From a virus: a DNA stretch of 33,356 nucleotides. The stretch spans positions 1-33,356 of IMG/VR virus record IMGVR_UViG_3300013936_000008, one strand, 5' to 3'. This document shows, in pieces, positions 24,485-29,860 of this stretch. How positions within the stretch are numbered: position 1 is the first letter of the stretch; each line of letters starts with the position of its first letter. The position numbers and the translations under genes are program-made. The notes beneath the pieces are model-generated. The model was given only the letters and a program-made list of their open reading frames with translations. It ran no database searches and was not told where the DNA came from.

Positions 24485-25012
24485 ATGATGCTCTACGAGC
24501 TGTGCCGGGAGCAGAAAGACGCGCAGCATTTGACCTATGCCGACATTGCCGAAAAGTCGGGAATCGTTGAAAAAACGGTGAAAAATTTCTTTGGCGGAGC
24601 CAAGCAGCCGTCGGTGAATACCGCCGGTCCGATCTGCCGCGCTCTTGGCGTGTCGCTGGACAAGTATTTCGACATTGTCACCGACGAGCATCCCGCCGCG
24701 CTGGAGCTGGCGCAGCAGGAGAACGAGCACCTTGTTGCGGTCGGCGAAATGAAGGATGCGCGGATCGAGAGAAACGACCGCAGCGGGCGCAAGAAAAACC
24801 GGATCATCATCGCGATGAGCGGCTTTATAATGTTTTTAATTGCGTATATGACCATGGCCGACAGCCTTGACCCGATGGTCGGGCTTTTCCGCGGGGAGTT
24901 TTCGGTCTCCGGCGTTATCGCGATCGCAGGCTTTGCCGTGGCAGCGGTGGATCTCTGCGTCATGGCAGTGGACGACATCTGCGAACGTCAGACGCGCAAA
25001 GGCGAAAAATAA
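24485..25012 (+). CDS. Membrane-anchored XRE-type HTH protein
   Basis: The HTH is LTYADIAEKSGIVEKTVKNFFGG...PSVNTAGPICRALGVSLDKYF, followed by two hydrophobic helices (IIIAMSGFIMFLIAYMTM, VSGVIAIAGFAVAAVDLCVMAV). The start is uncertain (weak SD). Confidence 0.6.
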   Translation: MMLYELCREQKDAQHLTYADIAEKSGIVEKTVKNFFGGAKQPSVNTAGPICRALGVSLDKYFDIVTDEHPAALELAQQENEHLVAVGEMKDARIERNDRSGRKKNRIIIAMSGFIMFLIAYMTMADSLDPMVGLFRGEFSVSGVIAIAGFAVAAVDLCVMAVDDICERQTRKGEK

Positions 25013-25013
25013 T

Positions 25014-25029
25014 GTGCCCAGATGGGCAC
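25014..25029. repeat. 16-bp palindrome copy 5 (GTGCCCAGATGGGCAC; extends to the 22-bp palindrome AATGTGCCCAGATGGGCACATT)
   Basis: Exact motif, 2 nt after the stop of 24485..25012 and 11 nt before the GGAGGG of ltp. Confidence 0.95.
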
Positions 25030-25051
25030 ATTAGAATTTTGGAGGGTAGAT

Positions 25052-25978
25052 ATGAGAGCCTCTACAAAAGTGTTAATTAGCGTTGTTGTCGCAGGTGCTA
25101 TTTATTTTGGGCTTGCGCCTCAAATACAGGAGGCGCGCACAAACAGCCTCGAAAATGCTAAACCCGTCAACGCATTCTCCTCCATGTCTCCCACGCCGGA
25201 AGCCTCGCCCGAAATCCCCGCTGCAATTCCGGTTGAGCAGCAAGAAACCGCAATCAATGAGGCGTGCAAGTCGGCAGAGGACACACTCAGCAACTGGAGC
25301 GAGGTCTATGTTCGCCCCGTTACGGATTCTTCGGGCGCAACGACCGTTGAGATCTCTATCGTGAGTGATGCTACCGTCGCATTGGCAAAACAGCTGTGCG
25401 CCGCCGGAGAGGGCGAAACACCAGAATGGTATGAGCCCAAATATGAGCTTGAGCGTGTAGGCGCTGACATTTTGAGCGACCTCGAAAAATCCGGCGTGTC
25501 AAGCGCGCACGTCGACATCAGAATTTTTGACGCAGACAACTATAAGCAGTTCGTTGATACGGATGGCGCGGAAGATTTCAGCGTGCTGTACATCCGTGAT
25601 GGAGCGCAGATAAATGACGCCGTATTTGATTTCGTCCCGGCGGACATTTCCTACGACGAGGGCGCTGTCCCGGTTACTTATGACGTCGTGACAAGCGGGA
25701 TGCTGAATGCGCTGAAGCAAGCAGACAGTTATCTGTCTCACTCTGCATTCTCACGCTCGGGGCTGATAGATCAGCTCGTGTATCACGGCTACACACGTGA
25801 CGAGGCGATCTACGCCGTCAACACCTGCGGCGCGGACTGGGAAGAGCAAGCGGCGCTAAAGGCGGCGTCCTACTTGTCGCACTCGGCTTTTTCAAAAAAA
25901 GAATTGATCGAGCAACTTGAATACGAGGGCTTCACCCACGCGCAAGCCGTGCACGGTGTAAACTCAGTTTATGATTGA
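25052..25978 (+). CDS. ltp: Ltp-family superinfection-exclusion protein (two Ltp repeats), N-terminal TM anchor
   Basis: The C-terminus has two repeats, LKQADSYLSHSAFSRSGLIDQLVYHGYTRDEAIYAVNTCG and LKAASYLSHSAFSKKELIEQLEYEGFTHAQAVHGVNSV. This is the host cell surface-exposed lipoprotein (Ltp) motif. ATG at 25052 lies 5 nt after GGAGGG. Confidence 0.8.
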   Translation: MRASTKVLISVVVAGAIYFGLAPQIQEARTNSLENAKPVNAFSSMSPTPEASPEIPAAIPVEQQETAINEACKSAEDTLSNWSEVYVRPVTDSSGATTVEISIVSDATVALAKQLCAAGEGETPEWYEPKYELERVGADILSDLEKSGVSSAHVDIRIFDADNYKQFVDTDGAEDFSVLYIRDGAQINDAVFDFVPADISYDEGAVPVTYDVVTSGMLNALKQADSYLSHSAFSRSGLIDQLVYHGYTRDEAIYAVNTCGADWEEQAALKAASYLSHSAFSKKELIEQLEYEGFTHAQAVHGVNSVYD

Positions 25979-25991
25979 TCTTCCGCAACGC

Positions 25992-26020
25992 TTGACACGG
26001 CGCAAGCGTTGCGGTATAAT
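25992..26020 (+). promoter_or_regulatory. Perfect consensus sigma-A promoter TTGACA-17nt-TATAAT
   Basis: TTGACA at 25992-25997, exactly 17 nt of spacer, TATAAT at 26015-26020; no ORF follows before the terminator. Confidence 0.65.
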
Positions 26021-26026
26021 ATGCAT

Positions 26027-26115
26027 AGAAAAAGGCGCTGCCGGTTGACGGTCAGCCCCCAGTTGTCATTGAAGTAATCGCCGACTTTGTGAGGGTGCGG
26101 CGATTACTTCTTTTT
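26027..26115 (+). ncRNA. Predicted antisense sRNA of about 90 nt (candidate type I antitoxin)
   Basis: The RNA is bounded by the consensus promoter and terminator 26071-26115. It is antisense to the 3' end and 3' UTR of the toxin ORF. It carries CAGCCCCC (26053-26060), complementary to the toxin SD region. Confidence 0.5.
26071..26115 (+). terminator. Intrinsic terminator (13-bp stem + TTTTT)
   Basis: GAAGTAATCGCCG (26071-26083) pairs with CGGCGATTACTTC (26098-26110), followed by TTTTT at 26111-26115. Confidence 0.7.
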
Positions 26116-26187
26116 GTATGCCTGTATAAACAGGTTGCAAATACCGATGATTACTAAGCAAAGCTGTAACACTTCGTTCGTGCTCAT
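26104..26187 (-). CDS. 27-aa hydrophobic peptide, candidate type I toxin (holin-like toxin / Fst-like)
   Basis: MSTNEVLQLCLVIIGICNLFIQAYKKK. The SD AAAGGGGGG lies 6 nt upstream of the ATG at 26187. The peptide is embedded in the 66-aa track ORF 26104..26304, whose N-terminal part has no SD. Confidence 0.6.
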   Translation of the reverse strand: MSTNEVLQLCLVIIGICNLFIQAYKKK

Positions 26188-26292
26188 GGGCAGCCCCCCT
26201 TTCGAATCAGGGGGCAGAAGCTGCCCCCGTAAGTACAGGGGCTGATCGCCTACCGTTGTATGGCAACGCCTTAGTGCCGAAGCACCATCGAC

Positions 26293-26321
26293 AGGATAGC
26301 ACACGCGGCGGCAAAATGCAA
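26293..26321 (-). promoter_or_regulatory. Candidate promoter TTGCAT-17nt-TATCCT for the toxin mRNA
   Basis: -35 at 26321-26316 and -10 at 26298-26293; predicted leader of about 100 nt beginning with a GUGC-UUCG-GCAC hairpin. Confidence 0.4.
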
Positions 26322-26324
26322 GCT

Positions 26325-26351
26325 AGAAACTCAAGAGGAGGCAGCAGCATG
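26325..26351. repeat. Left copy of the 26-27-bp direct repeat flanking the IS (AGAAACTCAAGAGGAGGCAGCAGCATG)
   Basis: Identical to 27432-27458; contains the integrase SD (AGGAGG) and ATG. Confidence 0.95.
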
Positions 26352-27431
26352 TGTAGGTTAGTCAATGATGAGTTACACATTAGGAAAAGAAAAAAGGACA
26401 TCGCTGGGAGACTTCCAGTTGAGCGGACGCATTGGGAAATTATTATATTCCCGTTGACGTACAGCAAGCTGCTTCGCAAAATCGTCAAAAGAATAGAAAC
26501 GGTGAGACGCATAAAATTCCTCATTATCTTTTCTATGACTGCGTTCCACCTTGCCGTTATGTCTCGGGGTGAACGGTCTGATCTTTTTATGCTTGATTCC
26601 CAACTGCTCAAGCGTTTTCTCGAAGAGGGTAGGCGGCTTTTTCTTGCTGTTTCCCATCTCATTTGTAAATTCAAATCCGTTATCCGTTTGAACGCATTCT
26701 ATGGCGTATTGAAACTTCTTCACTACATGCATCAGGAAAACGGTCGAGGTATATGTGTCTTTTTCCTTGAAAGCCTCCAGATAACGAAAACGGCTGTATT
26801 CATCGATAAAAGTGTACTGGTAGTAGTAACCGCCGCACTCTTTAGCATCCTCTGCCGCTTCTCCGACAAGGCATGCAGAAGGAACATATTTCACATCGAT
26901 CTGAACCTTTTGACCGGGATACCGCATCTGCTCATAAGGCTTTGGAATATATTTCGGGTTTGGCAGCTTGGTCGGAGCACCGCCGATCCGCCGCAGCAGC
27001 TTATACAGCCCTGAGATAGATCTGGTATATCCGCGCCGGCGAAGCTTGACCCAGAAGACTACCAGACCGTCGTGTGGGTTCCTTCGGCGCATGTTTTTTA
27101 CCAACGTGATCTCTGCCTCTGTGTGCTGCTTTGGGTGGCTGTGGGGACGGTGGGAGCGATCTGCCAGCGAGTGAATGTCTCCATCATATTTCTTCTTCCA
27201 ACGATAGATATTCTGACGGCTGGTCTTGTAGCGGATTGCGGCCTTTGTGACACCATGCTTCATCGAATACTCAATTACTGCTTGCTTATACCGCATGTCT
27301 TGTGTTATTTTATTCATAGCGAATAGGGTACACCTGCCTTTCGGTTTTGTCTTGTCAACTCAACCTTAACACAGGTCGCTCCTATTCGCTATCTTTTTTT
27401 ACTTCCTGTCACACATCATTGTAACTCCTAC
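26352..27431 (-). mobile_element. Insertion sequence of about 1.08 kb (rve DDE transposase, IS481-like by size) with imperfect terminal inverted repeats
   Basis: The ends are TGTAGGTTAGTCAATGATGAG... and ...CACATCATTGTAACTCCTAC(A), with about 18/26 matches and TG..CA tips. There is a single transposase ORF. GC content is visibly lower than in the flanks, and the element is flanked by a 26-27-bp direct repeat. Confidence 0.85.
26373..27317 (-). CDS. DDE (rve/integrase-core) transposase with N-terminal HTH
   Basis: 314 aa with QIDVKY...YQYTFIDEYSRFRYL (D), VQTDNGFEF (D) and RPFTPRHNGKVERSHR (E) motifs. Confidence 0.9.
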   Translation of the reverse strand: MNKITQDMRYKQAVIEYSMKHGVTKAAIRYKTSRQNIYRWKKKYDGDIHSLADRSHRPHSHPKQHTEAEITLVKNMRRRNPHDGLVVFWVKLRRRGYTRSISGLYKLLRRIGGAPTKLPNPKYIPKPYEQMRYPGQKVQIDVKYVPSACLVGEAAEDAKECGGYYYQYTFIDEYSRFRYLEAFKEKDTYTSTVFLMHVVKKFQYAIECVQTDNGFEFTNEMGNSKKKPPTLFEKTLEQLGIKHKKIRPFTPRHNGKVERSHRKDNEEFYASHRFYSFDDFAKQLAVRQREYNNFPMRPLNWKSPSDVLFSFPNV

Positions 27432-27458
27432 AGAAACTCAAGAGGAGGCAGCAGCATG
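27432..27458. repeat. Right copy of the 26-27-bp direct repeat; supplies the functional SD and ATG of int
   Basis: Identical to 26325-26351. Confidence 0.95.
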
Positions 27459-28667
27459 GCACGAAAAGCCGCGCCGGAGTTTTATTTTGACGCGCGCCTT
27501 AAACAGTATCGCAAGCGTCTCAAGGACCCACGAACGGGCAAATGGTCGATAAGCGTTTATGGCAAAACCAAAGCCGAGTGCCGCGAAAAGGCCGCGCGCC
27601 GTGCCGCCGATCTGGCAGCAGCGGTGGAAGAGAGCACGGGCGGCGCGCTCGTGTATCAATACGCCAAGACGTGGTACGACCTCAACACCCGAGACCTCGG
27701 CGCGAAACGCCGGGACGATTATCGCAATGCGATAAATAATCACATCTGCCCCGTCATCGGCGAGAAGCGGCTGTCCGACGTCACGCTTGACGACGGGTTG
27801 GAGATCCTCCGCCGATCGCCGCAGTCAAAGTCGGCGCAGCAAAAGATAGTCACCGCGCTCAAAAGGATTTTTAAAGCGGCCGCAGACAATGATATGATCC
27901 GCCGCTCTCCGTTTGCGGATCTAAAGCCGGGCGGCAAGCCCGCCGCCGAGAAGCAAGCCCTGACGCGCGAGCAGCAGGCGGCGCTGCTGGACGCGGTCAA
28001 GAACTGTGCCGTTGAGCCGTTTGTGCACCTGTGTCTGTTTGCCGGTCTGCGACGGGAGGAGGCGCTCGGTCTGCGCTGGGCAAATGTGCACCTTGATGCC
28101 GTGCCGCCTTATCTTGATGTTCGCACTGCGTGCAGCTGGCAGGGCAGGAATCAAGCTGTCGTATCGGAAACGCTAAAGAGCGCCGCCGCGCGCCGGTCTA
28201 TTCCTCTGCCTCCGCCGCTCGTTGAGAGCTTGACGGCTTTAAAAGCCGCGTCGGCGAGCGAGTATGTCGTCTGCAACCGCTCCGGCGGTGCAGTGTCCGC
28301 CACCGGTTTCCGTCGTATGTGGGGCGTGATTGCGCAGCGCACCGTGCGCGACGGCTATGCTCTCGGCGACAAAATTAAAAACCACAACATCACCGTGACA
28401 TTAGACTTCCACGTCACGCCGCACCAGCTCCGGCACACGTATATAACCGAGCTCGTGCAGTCCGGCGCGGACATCAAGACCGTGCAGTACCTCGCCGGTC
28501 ATGCGACCGTCCAGCTCACACTTAATATCTACACGCACTTGATGACGAACCGTCCCGAGGACACGGCGGTGCAGGTACTAAAAGCGTTTGGGGCTTTTTA
28601 TTCGGGCTACAAAAGCAGTTCAGGCAGCGGTCAACCCGTTGATGGCACTGCGCTTCAGACGGTTTGA
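27456..28667 (+). CDS. int: Tyrosine site-specific integrase
   Basis: 403 aa with ...GLRREEALGLRW... and HQLRHTYITELVQSGADIKTVQYLAGHATVQLTLNIYTHL (R..HxxR..Y catalytic set); adjacent to the tRNA-derived att core. Confidence 0.95.
   Translation: MARKAAPEFYFDARLKQYRKRLKDPRTGKWSISVYGKTKAECREKAARRAADLAAAVEESTGGALVYQYAKTWYDLNTRDLGAKRRDDYRNAINNHICPVIGEKRLSDVTLDDGLEILRRSPQSKSAQQKIVTALKRIFKAAADNDMIRRSPFADLKPGGKPAAEKQALTREQQAALLDAVKNCAVEPFVHLCLFAGLRREEALGLRWANVHLDAVPPYLDVRTACSWQGRNQAVVSETLKSAAARRSIPLPPPLVESLTALKAASASEYVVCNRSGGAVSATGFRRMWGVIAQRTVRDGYALGDKIKNHNITVTLDFHVTPHQLRHTYITELVQSGADIKTVQYLAGHATVQLTLNIYTHLMTNRPEDTAVQVLKAFGAFYSGYKSSSGSGQPVDGTALQTV
28604..28611. repeat. GGGCTACA motif (candidate P-arm integrase arm-type site)
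   Basis: Same octamer as in 28820-28858, located on the other side of the att core. Confidence 0.35.
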
Positions 28668-28673
28668 GATAAT

Positions 28674-28721
28674 TGCCTTTTAAGCAGGGTGTCCGGGGTT
28701 CGAATCCCCGCTGGAGCACCA
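28674..28721 (+). tRNA. Partial tRNA: 3' half of tRNA-Lys(UUU), from the anticodon loop to CCA. This is the attP/att core and not a functional gene.
   Basis: The fragment reads TGC|CTTTTAA|GCAGG|GTGTC|CGGGG-TTCGAAT-CCCCG|CTGGAGC|A|CCA. It has an anticodon loop with UUU, a 5-nt variable loop, a canonical T-arm, a 3' acceptor and CCA. No D-arm or proper 5' acceptor lies upstream, because the int stop is at 28665-28667. Confidence 0.75.
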
Positions 28722-28730
28722 CGCGGAAAA

Positions 28731-28760
28731 GCCTGCAATCATTGCGATTGCAGGCTTTTG
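28731..28760 (+). terminator. Intrinsic terminator after the tRNA fragment
   Basis: GCCTGCAATC (28731-28740) pairs with GATTGCAGGC (28746-28755) with a 5-nt loop, followed by TTTT. Confidence 0.7.
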
Positions 28761-28808
28761 GCATTTACGCAGGCACTAACAAATGACAGCAGGATTGCGC
28801 AGACTTTA

Positions 28809-28858
28809 GGGCTAAAATAGGGGCTACAATACCCTCTGGGGTTAAAAATGGGGCTACA
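28809..28858. repeat. Direct repeats GGGCTAAAA / GGGGCTACA / GGGGCTACA (candidate P'-arm integrase binding sites)
   Basis: AAAATAGGGGCTACAAT (28820-) and AAAAATGGGGCTACATT (28850-) are spaced 30 bp apart, with a degenerate copy at 28809. Confidence 0.45.
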
Positions 28859-28898
28859 TTTTTAACGCACCACACCGTCACTCTCCGACGCACTTTGC

Positions 28899-28922
28899 GA
28901 AAATTCTCAAGGAAAATTCTCA
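28899..28922. repeat. Tandem direct repeat 2 x GAAAATTCTCA (13-bp period) just upstream of the -35 of the cassette promoter; candidate operator
   Basis: 28899-28909 and 28912-28922 are identical 11-mers. Confidence 0.5.
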
Positions 28923-28930
28923 GAACCCCC

Positions 28931-28959
28931 TTGACATTTTTCTTGGTGTGGTGTATACT
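28931..28959 (+). promoter_or_regulatory. Strong sigma-A promoter TTGACA-17nt-TATACT
   Basis: TTGACA at 28931-28936, 17-nt spacer, TATACT at 28954-28959. The first ATG (28966) lies 7 nt downstream, so a leaderless start is possible. Confidence 0.7.
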
Positions 28960-28965
28960 TAAACC

Positions 28966-29259
28966 ATGCTAAGAAAGGGGAAAGCTGAAATGAAAGAGTT
29001 TAAAGAAAATATCGTTAACAAGATGGTCGAGAAGTCGCGCGAGATGCGCATCGTCTCCCTGCGGGAGACAGCCGGGGAGCTGGGCATTGACCACATCAAC
29101 GCCCAGGACGTTCGGGACATTGCGCGGTGTCTCCGCAGTGTGGAGGGCTTCCACCTCGTCCAGATGATGAACACGCCGCACGACAGCCTTTTCTGCTCGC
29201 TCTGCATGGTCGAGGACGGCGTGGAATTCGACAGCGGGGAGGGACTTGTTCATGCCTAA
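28966..29259 (+). CDS. Hypothetical small protein, possible HTH (cassette gene 1)
   Basis: 97 aa, or 89 aa from the SD-linked ATG at 28990 (MKEFKENIVNKMVEKSREMRIVSLRETAGELGIDHINAQDVRDIARCL...); no family recognised. Confidence 0.5.
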   Translation: MLRKGKAEMKEFKENIVNKMVEKSREMRIVSLRETAGELGIDHINAQDVRDIARCLRSVEGFHLVQMMNTPHDSLFCSLCMVEDGVEFDSGEGLVHA

Positions 29260-29479
29260 AGGCGGACGCTGGGAGGGCGAGTACGGCATCGAGTATCGCA
29301 GGGACTTCAAGAGAGAGACCTATGACGCGCTCACTCTGCAGTTTCGGAAGGACGGTCGCGATGGGCTGACGCGGGAAGCTGTAAAAAAAGCCGCCGAGGA
29401 GCAGGGGCTGACGGCAGCGGAGTACATCAAGGCACTTATAAGAAAAGACCTCGAAACGAGAGACGAGCGGCAGGGTTAA
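29252..29479 (+). CDS. Ribbon-helix-helix (Arc/CopG-like) DNA-binding protein (cassette gene 2)
   Basis: ATG at 29252 lies 8 nt after GGGAGGG and overlaps the gene 1 stop by 8 nt. ...YDALTLQFRKDGRDGLTREAVKKAAEEQGLTAAEYIKALIRKDLE fits a strand-helix-helix pattern. Confidence 0.55.
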   Translation: MPKGGRWEGEYGIEYRRDFKRETYDALTLQFRKDGRDGLTREAVKKAAEEQGLTAAEYIKALIRKDLETRDERQG

Positions 29480-29494
29480 CCCCGCCGCTCGTCT
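29461..29494. terminator. Long hairpin between convergent genes (possible bidirectional terminator, no clear U-tract)
   Basis: AGACGAGCGGC...GCCGCTCGTCT (11 bp) plus an inner GGG-TTAA-CCC; contains the stop of the RHH gene. Confidence 0.35.
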
Positions 29495-29511
29495 ACGCAA
29501 CGCTCGCTATT

Positions 29512-29847
29512 CTATTCTTTTTCAGCGCCGGTCTCGTGATACCTGTCGTTAAGCTCCTTCACTGCCGCCTCTACAAGCGCGTGCAGCTCAGTGTCGGATA
29601 TGACTATGTTTTTCTCCGCAAGGATCTCCGATGCTGTCTTGAGTGCGACGGCAAGCTTTTCATCACCGTGGATGTCCTTATACACCTGCTCAACGTAGTT
29701 GACCGTGGTCTGCGCGACTTTCTTCGCGGTGTCGGTCGTGATGTACTTCGCTGCAAGGTTTTTAAGGACGATGCCGACATAGCCGAAGATCATGATGACG
29801 ATCGCCTTGACTATCTCCATGCCGTAGGTTGAAAGTATTTCGTTCAT
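29512..29847 (-). CDS. Holin (LL-H-like: one N-terminal TM plus a long soluble tail)
   Basis: MNEILSTYGMEIVKAIVIMIFGYVGIVLKNLAAKYI...; ATG at 29847 lies after AGGAGGAGAAAAC; last gene of the lysis cassette. Confidence 0.7.
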   Translation of the reverse strand: MNEILSTYGMEIVKAIVIMIFGYVGIVLKNLAAKYITTDTAKKVAQTTVNYVEQVYKDIHGDEKLAVALKTASEILAEKNIVISDTELHALVEAAVKELNDRYHETGAEKE

Positions 29848-29860
29848 GTTTTCTCCTCCT

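Noticed and set aside
26256-27014. 252-aa + strand ORF crossing the left IS end, in frame with the duplicated integrase ATG at 26349.
   Set aside because: It is antisense to the transposase along its whole length, has a low-complexity composition, and owes its existence to the IS insertion. It is noted only as a consequence of the duplication, not as a gene.
28652-28721. Possible complete tRNA. GCTTCAG at 28652-28658 can pair (with one G-U) with the 3' acceptor CTGGAGC, giving a 70-nt candidate.
   Set aside because: The candidate is too short. The would-be D-arm (GGTT/AATT) is weak and lacks the conserved GG. The 5' anticodon stem (ATTGC) pairs only 3 of 5 positions. The 5' part overlaps the integrase stop codon. 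It is best read as the phage-borne 3' half of tRNA-Lys (att core), not a gene.
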